DNA of 62,412 nt, the filler included, from Stramenopiles sp. TOSAG23-6 (taxonomy: Eukaryota), in the NCBI GenBank assembly GCA_900128565.1. It is 18 parts of 18 records of this genome, joined end to end, with 100 filler letters (N's around TTAATTAATTAA, not from the genome) between each part and the next. Parts side by side here need not be neighbours in the genome. Positions count along the whole stretch, not along the records: positions 10,449 to 13,829 come from LT637527.1; positions 13,930 to 17,310 come from LT637528.1; positions 17,411 to 20,786 come from LT637529.1; positions 20,887 to 24,261 come from LT637530.1; 14 more parts are not named here. One strand, written 5' to 3'. Shown here piece after piece: positions 10,502 through 20,945 of this stretch (its first letter is position 1; each line of letters begins with the position of its first letter). The translations under genes and the position numbers were made by a program. The notes under the pieces were generated by a model, which worked only from the letters and a program-made list of their open reading frames with translations, did not search any database and was not told where the DNA came from.

Positions 10502-11664
10502 ACACAAAAATCAGATCACGAAAAAAGTCATGAATGTTCTCCTGTCTTTCTCCAATTTCTTGATTGTACGTGGCAATTGATGCGTCAATACCCAAATTGC
10601 TTTCAGTTTAACTCCGACTTACTTGTATTTCTAGGTCATCAGTTGTATACTTGCTCTTTTGGTACATTTTTAGGGAATTGTGAGCGACAAGTGTGTTTTA
10701 TTTTTTTTCAATTTCGATTTTTTTTCGTACGAGATTTTGTACCTAACAAATTTTACAAAAAAAATATTTTTTCACAATACAACGTCGTGATATGAAAATT
10801 GAATCGAAAACACCATGCTTGTGGAAGTATGTTACTGGGCCTCAAAAAAGAGATTCATTTTTAAGTCCATACTATCAATGTAAAAGTAAAATTTCTGACA
10901 ACTGTGATAATTCAAATGATGTAAAGAGTTTTAGTGGCGTTTCTAGTTCACCTACTGGATCTACTGTATTGCTACCATATATTTCAACTGTAGTTCGAAA
11001 TTATTCCGTCTGGAGTGATTACTTTTATCGTTGGTGTTCTGTTCCTTCCTATTCATCTCAGATTCCGCCAAGGTCTCGACCTGAAGGTACGTTGACTGAG
11101 TTTGTTAGTGGAGAAAAGAAAATGGAGGTGGGAGTGAAGTGTGCATATGCTTCTGCAGCGGCGGTTATCGTTGGTAGCTCAGTTAATGATTTAAGTGAGC
11201 GTGAAAGATTTGTTGAATCTGCATTGACCATCGCACAAGACAAAATTAAAGAACTTGAAGCTGAATTAATAAGAATAAAATCTCTTGACAAGGTTGTGAA
11301 GGATGCAGAAACAGATAAAATACCAAGTGAAAATTCTTTATTAAACGACACTGGAAATATATCTGTGAATCTCTCTGTAGGGGATTTAGATTTTGAGTCA
11401 GATTTTGACAAGGATCCCAGACCAGATCTCGGACCAAATCTTGCGGATTTAGGCATTTCGGAAAATATTGATGATCATTGTAATAATTCTCAATCAAATT
11501 TCAACGACATGATTAATGAAGTTGACGCTCTTTTGGTACAAGATAATGCTCCTGAAAATCCAGAAACCAAAAATATTTTGGATACAGAAAAAAATCAAAA
11601 AAATCAAAATTCTAATGAAGGTATGGAAAATTCTGAAAATGTATTGACGGAAGTATATGAATGA
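10502..11664 (+). CDS. Myotubularin-related phosphatase, C-terminal part (5'-partial; exons 10502-10690, 10783-11664)
   Basis: SPVFLQFLDCTWQLMRQYPNCFQFN and FGTFLGNCERQR are myotubularin motifs, followed by WSDYFYRW and a coiled coil. Confidence 0.88.
10691..10782 (+). other. Non-canonical intron GT-AA (myotubularin)
   Basis: CAA|GTGTGT...TACCTAAC...AATATTTTTTCACAATACAA|CGT restores NCERQ|R in frame. Confidence 0.8.
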
Positions 11665-12145
11665 ATGAATGAAAAAATCAGAGATGTAGAACAAATGAAG
11701 TAAAATCGAAGAAAATGTGATACCATTTAATAAAAAGAATATAATAAATAAAATTGGTCTAGTTGAAAAAGAAAAATAAAACATATGTCAAATACTATAT
11801 TCAATTTGGGACAAAAAGGGAAAAAATTGAATATCAAATCACGGTAGAAGTTAACCCTAACTTCTACCCGTGATCAAATGAAGTCCTGAGTCAATTTAAA
11901 TGAACCAAATATTTTTTTGATCAAGTGTAAAATTATCTTGTACATCAACATTGGACTTGATATTTTTAGATTATAGTGATAAAATGATATTGTATCATAA
12001 TACAACAAAGAAGTAAACATAACGATTTTTGAGAATTCACAACTCTTCCAATTATATAAAAAAAAATAGANAATAGCAGAGGTACGTTTATATAATGCAA
12101 AGGATACCTTTGCATACCTTTCATATTCTTCATTGATTTTTAATT

Positions 12146-12586
12146 CTATAAGTCAAGTTCATTTTCATCATCACTGCCATCCATATTCTTTATCTCTTCT
12201 TCGAGCTTTTTGATCTGCTGATAGCGACGTTTCTTGGCGATCTCTTTTTGTCTAATACTATTTTGTAACTCTCTCACCTTCATCTTTCCTTTTCCCTTTA
12301 AGTCTCGATGCTTGAATGTTCCCCCAGCCTGTATGACTCGACCAGCCATGATTTCTTCGATATTATTTTTAATGACACCTGTAATCCTTCTCTGTGTCTT
12401 TGCGCCATGTACTTTCTTGCCTGACTTGACATGTCGAACCATGCCTGGGTTCAATTTAGTCAATTTTGATTTTTTCTTTATTTTTGCTTGTCGACTCTTG
12501 TTCCGCGACTTTGCTATTCTATTCCGTTTAATATTTCCGCCTCGACCACCTCCGGATTTTCGTAATTTCCCAGAACCTTGTGCCAT
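12146..12586 (-). CDS. Basic UPF0390/C19orf53-like (DUF2462) small protein
   Basis: Starts MAQGSGKL, K/R-rich, and contains ITGVIKNNIEEIMAGR, which resembles the family's I.K.IE motif. Confidence 0.6.
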   Translation of the reverse strand: MAQGSGKLRKSGGGRGGNIKRNRIAKSRNKSRQAKIKKKSKLTKLNPGMVRHVKSGKKVHGAKTQRRITGVIKNNIEEIMAGRVIQAGGTFKHRDLKGKGKMKVRELQNSIRQKEIAKKRRYQQIKKLEEEIKNMDGSDDENELDL

Positions 12587-12892
12587 TCTTTTGTGTAGTA
12601 TACACTCGTTGAAGTCAAGGTAAATGTGTTGGTAATGAGCTGTTTCTCCACCTACTACTGTTAGTAGGTAACTTCTTATCCTTAGTAGGTACACTCACGA
12701 ACTGACTATTTTTTTGACACGAAATCGAAATCGAAATAACGAAATAAAAATGTCAAGCGCAAACGTTGGCCATCCATGAGTCACCCGAGACATATAGTCC
12801 TATTTACCGTCACTTTACTTAGTAGAATATTTAGAACAGAGAATTCATTGAATACTTTGTTCGGGTTACTTTAGTTTGCGTAATTTGACGCA

Positions 12893-13776
12893 ATGACATC
12901 AAACCCCAAAAGTGCATTAGACGGTAGGTCTAAAATAGGGCATCTTAATTCCGGTGAGGCAAACGAAAATTATTGCACAACAAATACGAAAAACGGTAGA
13001 TCTCAAAAACGAGATGTTCAGAGACACAATTCGAAAAGTAAGCACAATACACAGAGTTGGTCCTCCCAGCGGGGAAATTCTGAAGGAAACAAGTCTAATA
13101 ATCAATATAAGAAGGACAAATATCGTAATAATCCCCAAAGTGCAAATCATGTGAAAAAAGAAGAGGTGCAACAGCTTATTGAAGGTAACTATTCCAACAA
13201 CTCCAACAAGAAACAAAGAACGCGTGGTACTCATATTCGACCAATACGGAATAGCGGCGAAGCTCTTTGTTTACTTGAGGATGTCATTTCTGATCCGAGG
13301 GTAAGACAAAGGTTTAATTTGTCAGACTTTGATTCCAATTCTAAGGAATCTTATAGAAACCCCACGTATGACGAGCAAGTAAGGACATGCGATATACTGC
13401 TTCATCGACTAAGGGTTTTCAAAGAAAGAATTAGAAATCCAAGTTCTCTATTAGTAGACACTTGTAACAAAATAAACCAGAAATACGGATTAAATAAACG
13501 AGAAAGAGGAAACGAGCAAAACAAAAACGTGAGAAATAATTCTCGAAACGTCCAAAAGCATCAGCACAGAAACCCTAACCCTAAACTACAAAAGAAGACA
13601 TCATCAGCATATGGTGGATGGTGTACTGTATCAAGTCAAAAACGCGAGTCAAATCAAGCAGATGTTTGGTCGAATAAAGAAGCTATCTCGGAAGACGCAG
13701 AAGAAACAAAAAGAAATGAGGAAAGAAAAAGAAATGAAGATGCTGCAAAGGAAAATAGAGAAATGGCAGAAGCGAT
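12893..13776 (+). CDS. Hypothetical N/K/Q-rich protein (3'-partial)
   Basis: Long ORF from ATG ending at an AT|GTATGT donor, followed by the start of the intron hairpin motif. Divergently oriented to the 12586 gene. Confidence 0.6.
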
Positions 13777-14278
13777 GTATGTTTTATTTTTTTTTCAATT
13801 TCGAATTTATTTTTCATACGAAATTTTGTNNNNNNNNNNNNNNNNNNNNNNNNNNNNNNNNNNNNNNNNNNNNTTAATTAATTAANNNNNNNNNNNNNNN
13901 NNNNNNNNNNNNNNNNNNNNNNNNNNNNNAATAGTTCACAATCAACGTCAATAGTGAAGATTCCTTTTATGACTGAAACAAAAACAACTACTACTTTTAC
14001 AAAGAAAAGAAAGAAAAGGAAATATAAAAAGAACCATAAATCCAGTGATATCGAATAACTCTATTTGGAAATTTAAAATTGATTCAATAATAAAAAACAA
14101 AAAAAAAACGAAAAGGAATGTACAAATTTTTAATTTTTTTATATCTCCGATTCGGTGATTTTTCAAAACAAAGCTGTAGCTATACGTTACTTTTGAAAGA
14201 GCGTTTTTGTAGGAAGAACATGTATCTTAACCGTCGATTAGCTTGAATTCATTCTACTTTACTATTCTTTCAAAGATA

Positions 14279-14899
14279 ATGTGCTCAAAGTTATTGGCAA
14301 GTCGTATCATTGCATGTGTTTGTTTCACGCTTTTCCTCGCTATGCTATTATTCCACGCAATCGGGTTCGACAAAACACTGGACGAAAAAACGTTTGATTA
14401 CACGTGTCCTCCCGTCGTTCTTACTCCTGGTATTACAAAGGTCGTTATTGCGGAAAAGGAACCTACTATCAAAACGCCTATGGTCCCAACAGCTATCATT
14501 GCAGCAACTGTAAAAGCTACTTGGAAAAGTAATGTATGGATCGGCCTCACTTCCGATGGCGATGCCTATGAAAGGTGCTTTGCGAATGGCTGTGATCCCG
14601 ATGAGGTCAAGTTGATCGCAGGTGGTCCAAAAACAAAACAAACCAAAAGCGTGACGTGGAATGCAAAAACGGGAGATTACTACGTTGTAGTTGGTGTAGC
14701 TTCCGACCTTTGCAAACCTGGAAAAACAATTGACGAGACAGTCGTAATTAAAATCCACGTACAGCTTAGTGTTGCTATGCTCGCAATTTCTATTATTATG
14801 CTTGTACTTTGCATTGCCGTGGTACTCGTACCAATTTATCGAATTCAACGCGAAGATAAAAGTGATCCAGAGACCTTGGAACCATTGTTGTCAGCATGA
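14279..14899 (+). CDS. Hypothetical membrane protein with N- and C-terminal hydrophobic segments
   Basis: Two hydrophobic stretches (IIACVCFTLFLAMLLF; VAMLAISIIMLVLCIAVVLVPI) and a C-terminal dileucine-like EPLL. Confidence 0.65.
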   Translation: MCSKLLASRIIACVCFTLFLAMLLFHAIGFDKTLDEKTFDYTCPPVVLTPGITKVVIAEKEPTIKTPMVPTAIIAATVKATWKSNVWIGLTSDGDAYERCFANGCDPDEVKLIAGGPKTKQTKSVTWNAKTGDYYVVVGVASDLCKPGKTIDETVVIKIHVQLSVAMLAISIIMLVLCIAVVLVPIYRIQREDKSDPETLEPLLSA

Positions 14900-15171
14900 A
14901 TGAAAAGATGAAATGACAGAACTATAAATTACAATAATTGTTTTTGTCAAATGTTATGAGGAAAAATATTTTGATGGTAATAAATTTTATTGTTTTTGTC
15001 ATTATGAGGAAAACTATTTTGTTGATGATAAATTTTATTGTAATATTCAATTTTCGGAACCGATAAATAGTAAGCTTCACTAACCAGCTTGCATTTCACA
15101 AATTTGAAATTTTGGTACAAAAAACATTCAAAATTTCAAAATGAAATTTTTTTTGTCAAAAAAAAAACAAT

Positions 15172-16483
15172 TTACGATTTTCGTCTTTTCTGAGGTTTTT
15201 TATTTGCANNNNNNNNNNNNNNNNNNNNNNNNNNNNNNNNNNNNNNNNNNNNNNNNNNNNNNNNNNNNNTTGCCTTTCTCTTTCTTCTCTTATTCGTTGT
15301 ACAAACCTGACCTTTTCTAAGCATTCCCAAACAAGGACTACATGTGGTACAAAATCCACATGGATGAGCGCATCGAGTTTTTTTTTCACTATGAGCATCA
15401 CAAGATTGACCTCGGAATTGCTTCGGAAATATTGCATCCATTATCTCGAAATTAAACGCCACAGAATACCCACTATCAGGATCTATGCCAATAGAAGTAT
15501 TGTGGGAAATATTTAATTAAAAAAAATCGTTAGGACAAAATTTCATACAAAAACAATGTAGGTAAACAACTCAATTCTGAAAACATACAAGGACATGCGA
15601 ATTGGTGAAACATCTCCGCCCACCTATTTTGTTGAACGTAGGTAATACAGTCACCCCACAATTGTACTAAATGGAGCACTTCGTGCTTCTCAATCGCAGT
15701 TAGACTTGGAAAGGATTTCTCTTTTTTCTTCTTTATATTTTTCTTCTTTATATTTTTCTCCTTTACGTCATCTTTTTGCTTGTTCTTCAACTTTTTCCTC
15801 ACACATTTCAAAAGCCTACAGAAACTCCATTTTGTATTTTTACGAATACACGTAATCTGTCCTTCAGGAACTTTATCGTTAATCCATTTTCCAGCCTGAA
15901 TGGATTTCTTCAAGAAAGTAACTTCACGATTCATCGTGTCACAGGCAACGACTGCATTCTTTTTTTCACATTCTGAATTTACTTTGTTTTCATCCGTATC
16001 TGAATTTCTAAATCCAACTTGAGAATTCGAGTATGCATGTGACTATGTATCTAATTGGCGAATAAAACTTAATTGGTCCATGAAACTTAGATTATAATTC
16101 ATCGTAAAGTTTGTTTCATACCAATCTGGAAATACTGAAGCTACTAGTGAAACATCATTTAGATTTACCTCGGGGTAAGGATAAAAGTTGTGCACTTCTT
16201 CTGAAATAGAAAAATAATACTTTAAATCATCCGCATTGTCTAGCTTTATCCCAGAAAATTGATAAAAATCATCATCAACTAATTCTGGCTTTTGGGAATC
16301 ATCGGTTGTACTAAAGTTAGTCTTCTTAAAGTGATGCTTCATTCGCTCATCACGGAGAACAGAATAACAATACTTAGTTGGACTTTCCAAAGCACGGGTC
16401 TCAAGTACACTGTAACAAGAAGAAGCCCCCATTTCGTTGCAGTCTGTAATATCTTTTCGGGGTGACATAATAATGTAATCCAA
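15172..16483 (-). pseudogene. Cys-rich hypothetical gene with one in-frame TAG and a GT-TT intron
   Basis: ORFs 16483-16043 and 15934-15530 share a frame and are separated only by TAG at 16045-16043. Intron 15588-15495 (CTT|GTATGT...AATACTT|CT) joins them in phase to ORF 15462-15172 (CAHPCGFCTTCSPC). Confidence 0.5.
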
Positions 16484-17410
16484 TTTCGAGCGAAACTTCT
16501 GGGTATCAAAATATTTAAAGAATGCCGAGGTTAATNNNNNNNNNNNNNNNNNNNNNNNNNNNNNNNNNNNNNNNNNNNNNNNNNNNNNNNNNNNNNNNNN
16601 NNNNNNNNNNNNNNNNNNNNNNNNNNNNNNTGTACCAATTTGCTACGGCAAATGTTACCGCGGCTGACGTCATCACGGCACAAATTGTTTCCCACGGCTG
16701 ACGTCAGCCAAAATGTTTTCCCCACAACTGGAACAAAACTGTTGATATCACATAAAAAACTAAAAAAGAATCAGCTATGGTATCTAATTCCCATCATGAT
16801 AAGCTGATATCAGTTCAAAATGAATCCAAGGTGAAATATTGATAGATTGATATAGCATTCAATTAATCGTCATTTGTCTCGGTATGAAAATTTTCANNNN
16901 NNNNNNNNNNNNNNNNNNNNNNNNNNNNNNNNNNNNNNNNNNNNNNNNNNNNNNNNNNNNNNNNNNNNNNNNNNNNNNNNNNNNNNNNNNNNNCAAAGGC
17001 GAATTTGTCTATACAATTACACTATTTGAAATAGTGATAACGTTGGGCAAAAACATGAACATGTTTTACTGAACGAAATATTTTCAAACTGGTTTCTTTT
17101 CTAATTTTTGAAATTCTGCCAAATATTCTTGAAGGAACTTATTAAATTTAAACCAAACAACCATCTAGCATCATACTCTTTCTTTGAAAATGCAAGCCAG
17201 AATGGTAAAACATTTTCTGTACCAACCACAGCAATGGAGCGCAATGTAGTTTTATTTTCATTCGTTTTCATTCAAATAGACAGTGAGTGTGTCTCTCCAG
17301 GTACGGCGAANNNNNNNNNNNNNNNNNNNNNNNNNNNNNNNNNNNNNNNNNNNNTTAATTAATTAANNNNNNNNNNNNNNNNNNNNNNNNNNNNNNNNNN
17401 NNNNNNNNNN

Positions 17411-18085
17411 CATATAGCCACAGGGAATGGGGACGGAAAGGCCGCATCAAACTGGGTGGGAACGTTGCGGTCCACTGCCAAAGGGGCAAGCGGCGGCAGT
17501 GAGGAGGCCTTGGCGAAGGAGAATTCTTCACACAGAAACGATGCCGGAGAACTGATCAGTGATGAAATAACTGGGCAAAACAAGATAGGCCGTCCACACG
17601 GAATTACGGAAAAGAAGGCAGAAAACAAAGATGTGGAGAGTAAGTATGTAGGCAACAAGACAGAAGCTCAAATGACCGGAGTGCCCGTAGGGATGCGACG
17701 CTACAAAGTCAAAGTAGCAATAAACTCAAGCCGGCTTAATTCACCCGGCAAGGCTTATTTAAGGCTCGCAGAAAAACTAGCGACACCCCTGGTGAACGAA
17801 CAGGCCTCTAAATTTAGAATGCGCGACGATACCCCCCATTCGAGAACACGGCTTCACGTGAGCAACGCAAACGATGCAAAAAAGAAGAAAACAGAGGTTG
17901 ACCGCCGCAACCGCCGGCGTGCGTACGGGCATGCCGCTGCTGCCCGATTTAAAGCAGAGAAAGCGAAACGATTAAAGAGAAAAAGTGCGAAAGAAGCTAG
18001 GGAAAGGAACAAAACCGTGCACTCGCACGTTTCAGAAAATGAAGCGAAAGGGCAGAAAAGAAAACCAATTTCGGAAGATCCATGA
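17411..18085 (+). CDS. Hypothetical basic protein (5'-partial)
   Basis: Open frame from the contig start to TGA; K/R-rich; no recognisable domain. Confidence 0.4.
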   Translation, partial: HIATGNGDGKAASNWVGTLRSTAKGASGGSEEALAKENSSHRNDAGELISDEITGQNKIGRPHGITEKKAENKDVESKYVGNKTEAQMTGVPVGMRRYKVKVAINSSRLNSPGKAYLRLAEKLATPLVNEQASKFRMRDDTPHSRTRLHVSNANDAKKKKTEVDRRNRRRAYGHAAAARFKAEKAKRLKRKSAKEARERNKTVHSHVSENEAKGQKRKPISEDP

Positions 18086-18355
18086 TGGTACACCATCACA
18101 ATATTTTTACGAGCGTACGTGATTGTAAAGTACCTGGTATTAATAGTCTATCAGGTACGAAATAGACCGACAAATGTGTATTAAAATATGAGGAACAAAA
18201 GGAGCAGATTAATTTTCGCGGTACATGAGAAAGCTATATAATAAATTTTATTAATATAATAATTATTATAGTCTTCTATTATTATACTAGACTAAAAAAA
18301 AATAACTATAATAGACTAACAGCCAATTTTTTTGATTTTAATTTACTACGAAACA

Positions 18356-18414
18356 AAATTACAGAATCAAGTTAGGATTAGGGTACGAGGAAGCTAAATT
18401 TAATTACTTAAATA
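18356..18414 (+). repeat. Left arm of a 59-bp inverted repeat
   Basis: AAATTACAGAATCAAGTTAGGATTAGGGTACGAGGAAGCTAAATTTAATTACTTAAATA matches the reverse complement of 20268-20326 with 2 mismatches. Confidence 0.85.
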
Positions 18415-18677
18415 TGAGGAAAAGGTAGTAGTATTAAATAATTTTATAGTATAATAATTCTCGTTCATTTTTACCTGTTTCTTACACTTACCGTGTACAA
18501 GTCATCTAATAATTCCTCACAAATAATAAATTGACTTTATATATCATGCCCCCGTTATTTAGTTACTGACATTTCGACATTTCGGTTTACATGAGGATGT
18601 TCGAAGTTTTTACTCTACTTCAGAACGAAGGCTGAATAAATACCACCACCCTCTAAAAGAAACAACCGGCGCTTACA

Positions 18678-20090
18678 ATGCACTGTACCACCCATTTTTC
18701 AGCGATTGGTCTGGTTGCCTTGGTCGTCTTCGTGGTGACCAATGGTGCAGTTGAGGACTGGTACGTTGACAATGGGTTCCCAGCCATTGAAGGGTTGCAT
18801 TTCCCACGTGGGGATGCCATTGCTCATATTGATATCTTAATTGATGATACAGTGTACATTCTTGAATTTTTCCCGAAGAACATGCAGAACACATCTGCAC
18901 GAATCGAACGTGCGACTGAATTCGTTGACAGATATATGGTTGAATTGATAGATAACGATTTGGAGTTCCAGGGCATCAAAGACAGGGAGGGTCAGTTCCA
19001 CGAGATGGAATTGCCCGAAATGAAGATGGAAAGGGACAAAAAAGCCGAACTGGTAGATCTGTTGGCCGATCAAATTTTACAGGAAACAAACGGTCATGCC
19101 CAATCGTACGGAAATGGCCCCATTGCAATTAAGAAAAAATGGAACCACGGGGAAGATTTGATATACCATCGCGGGGCGGTCACGATTGCGCCAAGTTTGG
19201 AGAGATTCGGCGAGTGGGAAGAATATGGAGTAGAAGTAATGTCCGCATTATTGTGCTCAAATAAACCAGAATCTCCGGTGTTTGATGTTGGCGCGAACCA
19301 AGGGTTGATTACCCTTGCGTTGCAAGATTTAAATCCTTTTCTTGAATATCACGCTTTTGAGCCGCAGCGGCACTTGCATGGCGTTATCGTCGCAAACGCT
19401 TTACTGCGTTCCCCTGCTAGGATCTTTTCGCACAACGTTGCGGTTGGGGATAAACGTGAAATTTTTACAATCCCTAAAATAGAGAGGCTTAAAAAGGGCT
19501 CATTTGCCGCTTTCGGCCTTGACCAGGACCAAAACACAGAGTTGTTAAGGGATCTAGGGTCCGAGAAGGTCCAAAGCATTCGCTTGTCTAGTTTTGTATT
19601 TCCTCCTGACCCCTCGACAACATTGGCCCTGAAATGCCCTCAACTTATCAAAATTGACGTAGAAGGGTTCGAAGACCGCGTGATCATTGGGGCAGAAGAA
19701 ATAATAAAACGCTGTCCTAGCCCCCCAGCATTATACTTCGAAAGCCATAAAGGCCGGAACGTCTCAGAGACAATGCAGTTAGTTACGGGGACTTTAAAAT
19801 ATCATCGCTGTTTCCACCACATTTATTCCTACTTTCGAGAGGACAACTTTCATAAGAACGAGAAAGATTTTAAAACGTTCGCTCCTAATTCAGACGCGTC
19901 ATCGAATCTTTTGTGCATATACCAAGAAGGTTGGCCGGACTGTGCCAACAATATCTCTCGGATTGAGGCCGCAATCTTAAAACGCGAGCTGGTACAGGTC
20001 ACGAACCAGACCATGAACAATGCCTCTGTACCAATTTGCAATTTAACACCAATGGAGGCCAACGACGACACTCGCGCGTGGTGTGCGTGA
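18678..20090 (+). CDS. FkbM-family (Methyltransf_21) SAM-dependent methyltransferase with N-terminal signal/anchor
   Basis: Motifs VFDVGANQG, AFEPQ, NVAVG and LIKIDVEGFE; hydrophobic N-terminus; intronless. Confidence 0.9.
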   Translation: MHCTTHFSAIGLVALVVFVVTNGAVEDWYVDNGFPAIEGLHFPRGDAIAHIDILIDDTVYILEFFPKNMQNTSARIERATEFVDRYMVELIDNDLEFQGIKDREGQFHEMELPEMKMERDKKAELVDLLADQILQETNGHAQSYGNGPIAIKKKWNHGEDLIYHRGAVTIAPSLERFGEWEEYGVEVMSALLCSNKPESPVFDVGANQGLITLALQDLNPFLEYHAFEPQRHLHGVIVANALLRSPARIFSHNVAVGDKREIFTIPKIERLKKGSFAAFGLDQDQNTELLRDLGSEKVQSIRLSSFVFPPDPSTTLALKCPQLIKIDVEGFEDRVIIGAEEIIKRCPSPPALYFESHKGRNVSETMQLVTGTLKYHRCFHHIYSYFREDNFHKNEKDFKTFAPNSDASSNLLCIYQEGWPDCANNISRIEAAILKRELVQVTNQTMNNASVPICNLTPMEANDDTRAWCA

Positions 20091-20267
20091 AGCTAAGAAT
20101 TACTACTACATAGATGAAAAAAAAAAAATTATATAATATCTCAAAAAACAATAACATAGTTAGGGTTAGGGGTACGAAGAAATTGTCCACACTGAAAAAT
20201 TCAATTATTTATTTTAATACAAAATGAGAGTCTTCAAACATACTATAAAAACAAGAAAATTGGCTGT

Positions 20268-20326
20268 TATTTAAGTAATTAAATTTAGCTTCGTCGTACC
20301 CTAATCCTAACTTGGTTCTGTAATTT
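20268..20326 (-). repeat. Right arm of the 59-bp inverted repeat
   Basis: Reverse complement of 18356-18414 (57/59 identical). Confidence 0.85.
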
Positions 20327-20945
20327 CGTCTCATTGATGGTTGTCAATCATCATTTTTTTTTTATAGTGGAGTCCATGAACTATCCGGAGCGATATCTGA
20401 ATTGGCATTGCTTGCAGATGAACCGTAATCAACTTCCTCATCCGATATCTCACTCAGAGATAAATCAATCCTTGTACCATCTTCCAAGCAGCGGCTTAAT
20501 TGTTGTTGAGGCCAATCAATTGGAGTCTTGACCAGAACGCGGGGAGGATCTACAATAGAAGGAGATACTGTTCTTGAACTGACACCTTCTTCATATAACA
20601 GCCAATTATTCGTTTTTTATAAGTGTGTGTATGATAGTCAAATAATTACACAAAATTAAAATAATATGGCTTACTATTATTCAATATACAATAAAACACG
20701 CCCCAACTTACTCTACTTGGCTGGTTTCCCCTCCGTGTTATAAACAGGCAGAACGTACCCGCAGTCCCCCCTAGTTCCAGCTTTCGNNNNNNNNNNNNNN
20801 NNNNNNNNNNNNNNNNNNNNNNNNNNNNNNTTAATTAATTAANNNNNNNNNNNNNNNNNNNNNNNNNNNNNNNNNNNNNNNNNNNNAAATTTTGTACCTA
20901 ACAAATTTTTTTAGATTTTTTTTGAAATATTTTTCCAAAATCCAT

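Noticed and set aside
16043-16045. TAG stop-codon reassignment
   Set aside because: TAG terminates apparently complete genes at 600, 5827, 12146 and 53169, and long ORFs contain no other in-frame TAG.
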